Part shown: one piece after another, positions 36,935 through 48,438 of the stretch
How positions within the stretch are numbered: position 1 is the first letter of the stretch
Layout: every line of letters starts with the position of its first letter
NCBI RefSeq assembly: GCF_018977255.1
Contig: NW_024704742.1
Span: 6,512,001-6,576,000 of the forward strand
Length of the DNA stretch: 64,000 nt
Source of the DNA: Callorhinchus milii
Lineage: Eukaryota
Reading direction: 5' to 3'
The notes under the pieces: generated by a model
Seen by the model: the letters and a program-made list of their open reading frames with translations, nothing else
What the model was told of the DNA's origin: nothing
The model's database searches: none
Program-made: the position numbers and the translations under genes

Positions 36935-38571
36935 CTTGACAGCAAGCAAAATCACAGATTGCTTTGAGACATTTAAACATTATATGTGTTACATCAAATG
37001 CACTTACCCTGCATATTTTGTATTATATTTCTGTTGAATGTTTATTTATTCTAGACTGTGGGCTGGGATGAGTTCTCATGTGAATGCAGAGAATTAACAG
37101 GACTGCCACAGACAGGAGTATAATGCTGAGGCACAAAACTGTCCAGACCTCAGCACCAGTTGACAATCTAGGTTCGAGAATGCATGAGAATGACTGGGAT
37201 GGGGAAACAAAATGCAACACAGACTTTTAGGGTCAAGGCAGCTTGTTAGGAGCAGAGCAGAAGAACCTTTACTCTGCATCTAAGGGCTCTGGAACTCCAA
37301 CCTGTGTGAGGAGTACTATATAAAAGTTTTTGTTGTAGTTGCACATGGCTTCGGACTGCGGGAAGGTGAGACAGAATAACAAGAGTATGTCAGTCACCAA
37401 CACTGATACCCCTTGCCTTCTACAGTTAGCAACACTGCACTGTATTCATGAGTTATGGATAACCTTCATCTATTACTTTCAGTTTCCTTTTAAGTTTGGT
37501 ACGAAACTGACTCAAGACTTATTTGCTGATTGTTCTTGTGGTCTTAGAATTCATGGGGAGGTGAATTGGATAACACAATGTTGCATTGTGATGAATGAAA
37601 ACGATATGCAGCGAGTCAGAGTACTTCCCCGATGGAATTATGGAATGCATTTGTCAGGAAACAAATCCAATATTTTAAAAAAAAGACAATGCAAACTGAA
37701 ATGTTGCAGCTGAATCGTACCAAATCCCTTTCCAAACTCAATGCTTTGGGGACCTGATGGAAATAAACTCAAAATGTTTCACGTTTCGAAAAGTAGTCTG
37801 TTTGAAATCTTACTCAAAATCAGCTATCGCAGGAGTCCAAAAGTTATTTATCGTCCGTTAAATCAGAGCAACAGTTTGTGCTGCCTCTTGTAAGAGTGTT
37901 TTTTTTCTTTTAGTGTCCTAAAGTCCATTTAGCGTAAACAGAATAGTGAGTATAAAAGCATATTATGTATGTTATTCTTGGAATTGTGCTAAAAGCTTTT
38001 TTTTATTTCAGAAAACTGCAGGATTCAAGAATCAGGACAAGATCTGCATTGTTTGGATTCAGGCAGTTCACCAATCCAAAAGATTCTATCGGCTTTTTTG
38101 GTGCTTTATCAAGATCCTAGTTAGGATAATGTAAACGTGGGCAATGTATCTGATAACATGATCCGAATCTATCCTCAAGGTAAAATTACAGTAGGTCGCT
38201 TAATTGTCACCTTTGGAGTTGTACAACTAATCAGTCTCCTGGTGAAGAAGTTGGCATTCCAATTCGTGTCTTTTGTATGCAACGTTAAGTCTTTCACAGA
38301 CATGTAACCTTTCAATCAGAAGGCCGTGACTACACCATTTCCAATAATAATAGAAGCTCAGTGTTTTCCATTTGCCTCCCTCTGGGCACATTATAAGCAG
38401 CTGTTGGTTTCACATGCTTCTATGTTTTCACTGTGCTCCGTGACAATCGGTATCGCAGGTTAGATATTAATTGAAAGGTTAGGTTTCGAATGAAATTATG
38501 CAAAAGAAAACATTTTTGCCATAACTAGAAAATGTCCCTAAGGGACAGAGCAGTTCTCAACCAGACAGCAA

Positions 38572-38870
38572 GGAGTCCTGTAGCTCAGTGGTTAGAGCAC
38601 TCGCCCCGCAAGCGAGAGACCTGGGTTCGATTCCCTGCAGGATGAATGCTTGGCAAGTTTCCTTACTCCACACGCCTGATAATAATCCCTCAAGAAAAAA
38701 AACAATAATAATTTGGTCACTCAATCCACGACTGTTTGTGGGACACTGTTGTGTGCAATTGGCTGCTGCATTTCATCCACAAAATGTACAGTCAATTCAC
38801 CTTACCGATTATTCTGTGAAGCGCTTTGAGACGTCTAGAAGACGCGAAAAGCGCTATAACAAATGCAAGG

Positions 38871-38912
<42 letters not shown>
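38572..38912 (+). mobile_element. Young SINE, short form, with an (ATT)14 tail
   Basis: Intact head GGAGTCCTGTAGCTCAGTGGTTAGAGC...GGTTCGATTCC; tail at 38871-38912. Confidence 0.95.
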
Positions 38913-38915
<3 letters not shown>

Positions 38916-39349
38916 GAGGGAAGTACTAGCAATCTTAGTTGAAGTTGAATCTCACTCGTTTACCCTTGCTCTTTGCCAATCCCAACTCAAGGAAACTCAA
39001 AACAATATTTCTATATTTCAACAAAATAAGAATAAATAATAATAATTCTTGCATTTGTTATAGCCCCCTACTATGTTGTCGAGTCATCTCAAAACACATC
39101 ACAGGATATACTGTAAAGTAGTGTAACTATGTGTATTTTGTGGAAAAATATAGTAGCAAGAGATATTACAAACAATGAAAATCGCAAGACGTCGTTAGCC
39201 ACAACTAAGAATTGAGCACTTGTACTGTTGCTGTCAGTATGAGCTCAGAGCAGGGGCCTAAAACACAGTTTTCAGAAAATAAAAATGACTACATCGATTG
39301 AGAATTACGGAATGCAGCTGGAACCATGTGATCCGTTAACATTTGCTAA

Positions 39350-39672
39350 AATAATAATATAATAATAATCCTTGCATTTGATATGGCGCTTTTCACATCT
39401 TCTAGATGTCCCAAAGCGCTTCACAGAATTTGCTGTAAAGTGAATTGACTGTACATTTGTGAGCGAAACGCGGCAGCCAATTGCGCACAGCAGTGTCTCA
39501 CAAACAGTCGTGGATTGTAAATGACCAATTTATTATTGTTTTGTTTTTGGAGGGATTATTATCAGGTGTGTGGAGTAAGGAAACTTGCCCAAGGTTTCGC
39601 CCTCTGCCTGGAATTGAACCCAGGTGTCTCGCTTGCAAGGCGAGTGCTCTAACCACTGAGCTACGGGGCTAC
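39350..39672 (-). mobile_element. Young SINE, short form
   Basis: Reverse complement of the 10737/30473 type. Confidence 0.95.
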
Positions 39673-39954
39673 ACAAAACTCCTCAAAAAGAATGCAATTC
39701 CAAAAGCCATCAAAGACTGTTTTTCCATCAGCTTATAGTTTCCAACCTTTTGCTCTCATGCACAAAGCCCGTTGCACTTGCAAAATTCCATTTCTATATG
39801 AGGGATCGCTGTGCTAAAGCTGCTCCAGAACCAACAATCAACCATTTGTTATTTATTCAGTAGGAAATTTACTCTCAGAAGAAATCTCTGATTTTATGTT
39901 GCACGTGATGTAAGCTGGAACTATTAAAATGAAAGTTTGAAACTATATTATATA

Positions 39955-40590
39955 TTAATAATAATCCTTGCATTTGATGTATCACATTTCTTATCAGGAG
40001 AACATCCTGAATCATCTCACAGAGTTTCCCGTGAAGTGTAATGAATGTGCAATTGCTCTGAGATGCTACCTGCATGAAGGGTGCTATATAAATGCAAGTT
40101 GTTGTATTTTGTAGGCAAACATTGCAGCCAATTTGCCCACGGCAATGCTCCACAAACAGCAATAAAGTGAGTGGACCAGTTTTATCAGAGTGTATTGTTG
40201 GCAAGGACCCCAAGAGAAACTCCCTTTTCTTTTCAAACAATATCGAGGAGTCCTGTAGCTCAGTGGTTAGAGCACTCGCCTTGCAAGTGAGAGACCTGGG
40301 TTCGATTCCCTGCAGGACGAAAGCTTGGCAAGTTTCCTTACTCCACACGCCTGATAATGATCCCTCAAGAAAAGAAAACAATAATAATTTGGTCACTTCA
40401 ATCCACGGCTGTTTGTGAGGACGCTGCTGTGTGCAATTGGCTGCCCGTTTCACCCACAAATATACAGTCAATTCACTTTACAGGATATTCTGTAAAGCGC
40501 TTTGAGGGGTCTCGAAGACATGATTAGGCGCTGTATCAAATGCAAGGATTATTATTGTTATTATTATTATTAATGTCACGGGATCTTAAA
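39955..40590 (-). mobile_element. Old DeuSINE 3' part, interrupted by an L2 tail and a young SINE
   Basis: Tail 39955-40045, Deu/body 40105-40243, resumes GTCACGGGATCTT at ~40575. Confidence 0.7.
40247..40572 (+). mobile_element. Young SINE, short form
   Basis: Intact tRNA-Ala(TGC)-like head, Deu domain and tail. Confidence 0.95.
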
Positions 40591-40593
40591 TAG

Positions 40594-40893
40594 AAACAGA
40601 AGTCGCTGGGAACACTCAGCGAGTCAGGCAGATCTACCCTCTCCACCATGCAACGACACACAAATGTTCTCGACCTTTCTCTTCAGCAGCACTGACTCAC
40701 TTGATTTCGGAACTGTCCTAGGTCTCAGTTCTATTTCATCCTTCGCCTCGTTCGACGCTTCAGCAAAAAACTTGTCGTCTTTCTTTTAGATGACAAGGAC
40801 CACAAGCTTCAAATGCCTGACCTGCTGAGTGTTCCCAGCGACTTCTGTTTTCATTTCAGATGTCCAGCATCTGCGGTATTTTGCCTTTTGATT
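40594..40893 (+). mobile_element. Internally deleted Penelope-like retroelement with an inverted terminal segment
   Basis: 37-bp inverted repeat (40594-40630 vs 40814-40850; 27 bp perfect) around a frameshift-free 61-codon ORF remnant. The end CAGATGTCCAGCATCTGCGGTATTTTGCC matches shark PLE termini as I recall them. Confidence 0.75.
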
Positions 40894-42574
40894 GAAGATA
40901 ATTATCGTGTGCACTCTTTCCACATTCTGAAACAATAAGGAAGCAACCCAGATACCATTATCTTTTTACGCTTCTCTATAAAATTGCTGATCAATCCCAC
41001 ATGAAGCAATGCATGAATAGGGCTGATTGAGGGTTTGCGAGGGCTGGGTGTTTCCTAAAAATGTAGCGGGGAGATCTAATGCTGAGATGTTGCTGGAGGT
41101 GGTGGAAATGGTGAAAGAAAACTTGGCAGATGCAGGTCGAATATAATAATAATTCTTGCATTTTGATACACTGCTTTATCATATCATCACAACATCTCAA
41201 AGCACTTTACATGAACCTACTCAGTCAGGATAAAATCCTGGTTAAGATCTAATATTTCATGGGTAAACTGGAACTGATCTTAAAGGGGCACTGTCCTCAA
41301 ACCATAATTTGTTAGGTTGTAAACATGCCAAATGTATGGCCAGCAGTGTCACTGAGACGAAATTTCACAAATGCCTCTTCACCCTCCTCAAACAGAGTAG
41401 GGATTTTCAAGTGTCTCTCACGCAGAGGTATTTTAGAGGCATTCCAGAAGGAAATTCCAGATTCAAAGAAGTCTTCACTGAGTCATAATTTGTTCCTGAT
41501 CTGGTGGTTACACTTATTGTTTCAACCTTTCCTCTTACGCATAAAGCAAGTCTACAAGCAATGTACATCTTTCAAGAACTTTTTAATCTAAGAGGATGCC
41601 ACTAACAGTCGGACTCAATTAGATTCTCTTACAAAGCTCAAACCTCTGTTCAAAACCACACTGAACCAGAGGCAGCAGTGACGGATCTTTGTACATTCCT
41701 AGAGTTTTGTTTTTGAACACCAGGCACTTTTCTTGACCACATTGGGCTTGTTTAGTATTAAGTGTTCATTCCTTGTAGTACAACTCATCTAATTGGTAAG
41801 CAGTGGTGCAAGTGTACTGGTAATCACTTTGCCAACTTAAGTCAAACATATTTTCCTGAGCTATACAACCATGGGGAAATATGCTTCACATGTATCCTCA
41901 TAGCTTTAAAGTACTCTGTGAAAATCGACTGCATTCATTGCTTCGGACAGCAATAAATAGCTGTGAAACACAAACATGTGCTCAGCGCATATGATTTCTC
42001 ATGGCAAGGTCTGCTCAGATGGAACCTCATTGTGGCCCTATTAAAAGTTGTTATGTTTTCCTGTTAATTTAAGCTTTTTAAAGGCTAACCAACCAATGCA
42101 AAACAGTCAATGTTTATGCAAGCTGTTGTCAACTGGTAATCCGTAGCTATTTGTAAACTGTATGGTTTTCTGTTGAATGACATAATTTCTTTTATAATTG
42201 ACCTATTTGTTTTAATAAGCACAGTAAGAAATGCAACCCTCCCACCAATGATTGAGTAAGAACCCATTTCTAGTAAACAATCGAGTTAATTGAATTTTAA
42301 GGACATGTTATTTTCATTTTATAGTTTTTCCCACCCCTTTGCTGGACTCCTCTTGGTTGCAAATGCAGTTGAGAAACAAATAATGTAATCTTTGCATCAT
42401 GTGAGATTTTATAACCCATTCTGCAAGAATGTTAGTGGCTGTGTATTAAGTTGTGGAAAAAATATTCTGATGGTGAATCAGACAAGTACTTCGGGAAGCT
42501 CCACTCATCGTGTCTGTTTTAGTGAATCTGAAAAGCCAGCAGCAGGCTGTCTGCTTTGAGACGCCATTGTGCTT

Positions 42575-42961
42575 ATAATAATGTAATAATAATCCTTTCA
42601 TTTGATATAGCGCCTTATCACGTCTTCGAGACGTCTCAAAGAGCTTCACAGAATATACTGTAAAGTGAATCGACTGTATATTTTGGGGCAAAACACGGCA
42701 GCCAATTGCACACAGTTTTGCTAAGAGAATCCATTCAAAATTGTTGTGGATTGAGTGACCATATTTTTATCTTTTTGAAGGAATTATTACCCCCGGAAAT
42801 GCGGTCTGGCAATCAACTAACAACTGGGTTCTTACTTATTGCTAGGTAAACATAGGCATGTGGAGTAAGGAAACTTGACCAACGTTTCGCCCTTCTGGGA
42901 ATCAAATCCAGGTTTTCTCGTTGGCGAGGCGAGTGCTTTAACCACTACACTACAGGACCCC
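42575..42961 (-). mobile_element. Young SINE, long form
   Basis: Complete reverse copy including CTTACTTATTGCTAGGTAAACA. Confidence 0.92.
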
Positions 42962-43559
42962 TTAACTCCATTGCATCCTGATCTCTTTCTCAGTTCTTCT
43001 AATCCATAACAACCAGTTCAGATCACTTCTTTCTCCTCGCTTCTGCTTACAAACTTCCAGTTAACGCTAAAAGGTAGATTGCGATCCATCTCAGGATTAT
43101 GTTCATCCAGGCAAATTTGCAAAAATCAGGATTGCTGGATACAGCAGCTAATATAATAGCAATGATTCCCAGAAGGTTCATTAAGAATAGAACCTGCTCT
43201 AGGTATAAGGGGTCAATTTTGTGTTAAACAGAGTCATTCCATTTAGAAATGTACTAGCAATATGCATGGAATGGTTAAACTATGTAACGCAGTAGTTCCA
43301 GTGAAGCTTAATGCTTAGCTTGGGAATGCAGTGATCAGAAATGTTGCATCCTAACCTGAGAAGGCAATCACTGAATAGCATTTAGGAAGTGGAGATACTG
43401 AGATAAGGAGCAAAGACCAAATGGTAAGCAATGTAACAGAGGTTAAATCTCAATGCATTGATACTGAAGATGAATGATGATATTTGCACAGTTAAATAAG
43501 CAAAATATTATTTATGTGAATGTTTTGACAGCTCACCCGGGCAGCTCTAGAGGATGAGG

Positions 43560-43725
43560 GTTTCAGTGGTCTGAGGGGGCAAGGTGGTGGCAGAGCTGGG
43601 CAATGTTGCCGAGGTGGGGGAAGGGCAGAGCGGGATCACAGCACGGATGTGGGATAGAAAGGATCGTTGAGGGTCAAACAAGGTTCCGGACTGGCTCAGT
43701 GAGGCCAACTGTTAAAGGAAACGAC
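43560..43725 (-). mobile_element. L2 LINE internal fragment
   Basis: Minus strand CACCTCGGCAACATTGCCCAGCTCTGCCAC matches 18915-18945 (HLRNI.RL). Confidence 0.75.
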
Positions 43726-44884
43726 TGTTTGACATCCAAATTGTACGCACATTATTTCATCGTGAATTAAATAATAAAAGTAAAGTTTCCTTACACGGGC
43801 ATGTCGAGGGTGCTGCCACCCAGCATCAATATCGGGCGCAAGCTGGTCCACGTCGGTCACTTTGCCAAACACAGCAAGCTGAGTTTGGGATATCCTCAGG
43901 GCACCTAACAGCAAACAGACTGGCGGCTCTAGATTGAAGTTAAGGCGCCTGCTTAATTACTGAATAAGTAATGAGTGAGGTTAAGCACCTAGAAATCCTG
44001 GCTGAAACAATCGCTACAATTTCCGCGATTATATATTTTTCTCTAAAGATTGGAATAACATCAACTATTTCTCAATATTATGGAACCACCCCGCTGTCGC
44101 CAATGAACATTGAAATGTCCACAACAGACTCCCTAATTTTCACCCTATTTCTATTAGTACTCTTGGATGCATTCCATGTATTCTTGGTGCGGCACAAAGA
44201 TTCCTGCTCTCTGTTGGTTTTCATCACTATTTCAATACTGACCACTATTTCTGCATCTATCTGGACGCTTTGCCCAGTCTTCCAATGGCTGAAGACTGAA
44301 AAAAAAAGCATTCAAAGAGTTTACCTCCCTCTCTGTTGGAAAACATTGGATTTTCACTACATTGCTGTTTGCAAATTAGCTGCCACGTTTGCCTACAAAA
44401 ACACAGTGACTACAATTCACAGTAAAATCATGTGAGGTGCCACGAGATGTATCAACAGATTGATAAAGAGCTGCATCAACTGCAAGGTTTATTATTATAT
44501 TGCAATATCTTCTGTAAAGTTATACATAAAGATGAGTTTTAGGTATTCCTTGCCAGTTTGCTATTCTCCTGTTCACCCGATTAACTTCTTACCTTTTTTT
44601 TTCCAAAACAGCTTGTTTTCTTGCTCATTCTTTCTTATTAGTTTTTATATATTCCATCATTTATCTTTGTGCCATTTCTATCCTACCGATGTAATCCTTT
44701 AGGACTTGGTTTCAATTTCAAGCTTTTCTATGAAGTCCCACGACACAGAAAGTGCTCTGTTTGGAGACCCATTTAGAATTTTCCATCAGTGATAGTTGTC
44801 ATATATTGTACAGCCTCCTTTTATATTAATCATTTCTGCACATTTTGATCATTTCTGCATCATTTTCTAATTTATCCCTGTTAT

Positions 44885-45225
44885 GTCAGTCTATTTCACT
44901 TAGTAATACTTTCTCCTCTGGGTTAGAAGATCTGTTTCTTGCATCTAGACTTGCTCACGATCCAGGCTGATATTTGAATGAAGTACTGAGGAAATACGGT
45001 ATCATTAAAGCTATTAACCGTTTGATGAGACTTTAAACAAAGGTCCCGACTTTCTGTTTTGGTGATTCAAGTGGAACTTATAGCTTTTGGTTTTGTTACT
45101 GTTAGCCTGAATCCAATAAAATAAATACAGCAGAGAATTCTACCTCTTCTACCTATTCTAAACACTTTGGGACATGCTCCCGATGTGAAAGGTGCTGCAT
45201 AAATGTCAATTTGTTTTGTATTGTA
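44885..45225 (+). mobile_element. Old DeuSINE remnant plus L2-type tail
   Basis: TTGATGAGACTTTAAACAAAGGTCCC body; TTTGGGACATGCTCCCGATGTGAAAGGTGCT tail. Confidence 0.6.
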
Positions 45226-46082
45226 CCCATTCTGATTTTTTTTTTACCCATTTCTAATTTATGTTCCGTCACTTACGGAAACTGCTTCCTTCCTGAAGCT
45301 CACTCTGTCTACTTTACAAGGTAGGAGAAACGTTCCCATAGATCATAGATGCAATCATGTATTGCCAACATCCTATAAATATTCAAGTGCTCAGCCAACC
45401 CCCAGTGGAATGGAATGGAATGGTTAAGTCTGAAATGGGAAATTGGAATTATTAGGGGCAATTCAAGGGTTAAATCTAGCAGCAGTCTATTAAGTGATGA
45501 ATAGTCTTTGAGCTCAGTTGTGAAAGTAGCACCAATGTCAAGTTATGCTCACTGCTGAATTAAATCCCACTCAATGTTGTCTCAATTTTGTGAAGGCATC
45601 ATTCAGTGTCTAGGAAGGATGAGATCAAAATGGGCCGAAGGGCTTTCTTCACCTGAACCTCTCTTGTGATCAGTCCACCACTATGAATAAGAGTTCACCA
45701 AATCCCAACAAATTCCAGCCTGTTTGTCAATCTTGTTTCAATTCTTCTTTTAAAAAAATGGTTCAAAACTGCAGAAAATCTAAGTCTTAACTTCGAAACT
45801 GATTCTTTCTAAGAATGGCAGAAAACGGGCTTCCAAATTAAGACCAAATGTTAGAATTTTTCACAATTCTGCATCATTTTAAATTGCAAGATTTAACAGC
45901 CTAGAACTAGGTGGAATTTCAGAACACATGCTATTATGAATCTCCTGATAAAGTGACATGTTTGTCATGGCATATCAGATTTATCTCTACAAAGTTTTCG
46001 CTCTATGAAATTAAAATGGGTAGTCAATATTGCATTCCTGTTTGACACTTCAAGAATCCATATCTTTCCAAATGTTTCTGCC

Positions 46083-46394
46083 TAATAATAATCCTTGCAT
46101 TTGATATAGCGCTTTTCACGTCGGGAGGACGTCCCAAAGTGCTTCACAGAACACACTGTAAAGTGAATTGACTGTATATTTGTGGGCGAACGCGGCAGCC
46201 AATTGCGCACAGCAATGTCCCACAAACAGTCGTAGATTGAAAATGACCAATTTATTATTGTTTTTGGTTTTGGAGGGATTATTATTAGGTGTGTGGAGTA
46301 AGGAAACTTGCCCAAGGTTTCGCCCTGCCGCGAATTGAACTCAGGTGTCTCGCTTGCAAGGCAGGTGCTCTAACCACTGAGCTACAGGACCCCA
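46083..46394 (-). mobile_element. Young SINE, short form
   Basis: Near-perfect reverse complement of the 30473 copy. Confidence 0.95.
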
Positions 46395-48088
46395 CAATGT
46401 CTATCTAATCTTACACTACCAGCAAGACAGGATGATGCATCTACCAGAAGAGGTAAGTCTGGATATGTTCATTCTCAGCTACATACTGTGAGTGTCTGTC
46501 AAACAATCAAAATATGTCCACATTAATGCACTGTTGGCCTCTTTGATCTCTACTGTGTCATATGCCATCTGCAAACAGAACAACTTGGCAAGGCAGCTGA
46601 TAACCGGAACCATAATTAATAGAACATCCTCAGCTATGATCAAAGACCAGGATATGCCAGCTTCATAATACAGTACCTTGATAGCATTCAATAGAAGCAG
46701 CAAAGACAAATGGGTAAACAAAGCAGCAAATGAGATCATGGAGGCAAACATCTGCCACACATCAAAATACAGAGGATTTCCTTCATCAGACATATATTGT
46801 TCTGGGAGATAAATATGAAATGATCTGCCTGTTAAACTCTGGAAGAAATAGAACTTGTTTTAGCCTAACGGTACTTCTAAGGATCAACTAATCTGTGATA
46901 AATATAATCCATTCCTTTAAACAGGACTTTTGTTTTTCCCATGGAACAAACTTGCCTTTAACCAAAATGATACTTATTAGGAATTCACCATGGATACTAA
47001 CTATCCTCAAACCTGGTGGATAGTAGTAAATTGTTTTTTAACCATCTGCTTTTAAGTAGAGTAACCTGTAAATCATTACAGCGATTTACTGCAAATCCAA
47101 GCCTAACTTTATTGTGTATTTGACCCCCATCTCCTCCCCAAATTGGGAAAATCCCAGGCACAAGAACTTGCCATTCAGCTGTGGTGAGTCTTCTTCTCAT
47201 TCCAACCTTTTAGAAAGTTGTGACCAACACATTGAGTCCTTTGTTATATGATGGGCTCGATACCATGATTGTGCCATTACTGACATAGACCCTGAGGGAC
47301 AAAGTGATACATGGTCTGAGATTGGAGCACATCAGGACAGACAAGATAAAAAGCACCTAAAGAATCTTTAAGGTTAAATTAATGGTAAAAAGGGGAACTG
47401 GCCAAATATTTGAGAAAGAGAATGTGAAAAAGCAGGGGAGTCGGATTGAATGGATATTTGTTTTAGAGAGTTGGTACAAGCTCAGCAAGCTAACCGGTCT
47501 CTTTCTGTGCTCTTTGATTCTATGCTGCAAACTACCTTAATATTTGCAGGAGATTTGACGATGAAGGACATCGCAGTGGAGCCACAATCCTGTTCTCACT
47601 CAGCAACAACAACTTGCATTTATTTAGCAAATCTCTCGGGGCTTAGTTTGAAGGGTTATGTCACTGCCTGTCTGAGATAAATGGAGCACCAAAACATCAT
47701 GAGCTTTTACATCTAACTCGGAGTGGGAAAATCTCAAAATTGTCCATCCACTTTCCCTCCTCCCAGCTCCACGACTAAGTAAAATCCAACCATGGACTTA
47801 AGAAATCCCACCATTCTGGTTAAGCTGATGGCAGTAAGTGGCTGTCAGTAGGAGCAAAATTACACCAGATACAGAGTATAAAAGTTAAATCAAGGAAAGC
47901 AGAATAAAGTTTAAAGTACCAGGGGCCAGATTTTCAAAAGTTCATGCTACCAATAATTGATACAGAGACAATTAAAAGAAGATTTACAACCTATCATTAA
48001 TCCTGCTAATTAATCATTGGTTAAAATAGTATTATATAAGTACACGGGGTAGCATCTCAGAGCACTCAATGTCCACATACTACATACT

Positions 48089-48438
48089 TATAATAATAAT
48101 AATCCTTGCATTTTATATCACTTCTTCAAGATATCTCAAAGCACTTCACAGAATATACTGTAAAGTGAATTGATTGTGTATTTTGTAGGTATAATGTGGC
48201 AGACAACTATGTCCCACAAACAGTCATGGATTGAGTAACCAATTTTTTTTATTGAAGGGATTATTAACCCTGAAAAAGCGATTCGCCAATCAACTAACAA
48301 TTGGATTCCTACTTACTGCTCGGTAAACAGAGGCATGTGGAGTAAGGAAATTTGCCTACTGTTTCGCCCCGCCCAGGAATCAAACCCAGGTCCACTCGCT
48401 TGCGAGGCGAGTGCTCTAACTCAATCCCTACAGCACTC
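48089..48438 (-). mobile_element. Young SINE, long form
   Basis: TTCCTACTTACTGCTCGGTAAACAGAGGCATGTGGAGTAAGGAAA plus head. Confidence 0.92.

Noticed and set aside
37339..37365. 27-nt plus-strand micro-exon (TTGTTGTAG|...AAG|GTGAGA)
   Set aside because: The apparent acceptor is the (GTT)n end of a solo L2 tail; no other support
38588..38929. ORF ending in a poly-Tyr run
   Set aside because: It is the translation of the SINE (ATT)14 tail
39875..40471. Longest ORF in the track (198 aa, minus strand)
   Set aside because: Antisense read-through of nested SINEs; the same peptide motifs recur at other SINE copies
40660..40690. Hammerhead ribozyme (minus strand CTGAAGA...GAGAAC) in the Penelope-like element
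   Set aside because: No stem II or properly placed GAAA core; the segment is better explained as ORF remnant on the + strand
43971..44435. 154-aa ATG ORF with three hydrophobic stretches (possible membrane protein)
   Set aside because: No recognisable family. The hydrophobicity follows from a T/C-rich strand, the C-terminus runs into a Deu SINE fragment, and there is no promoter or polyA support
46479..46793. 104-aa hydrophobic minus-strand ORF
   Set aside because: No recognisable homology or splice context; the length is within chance expectation
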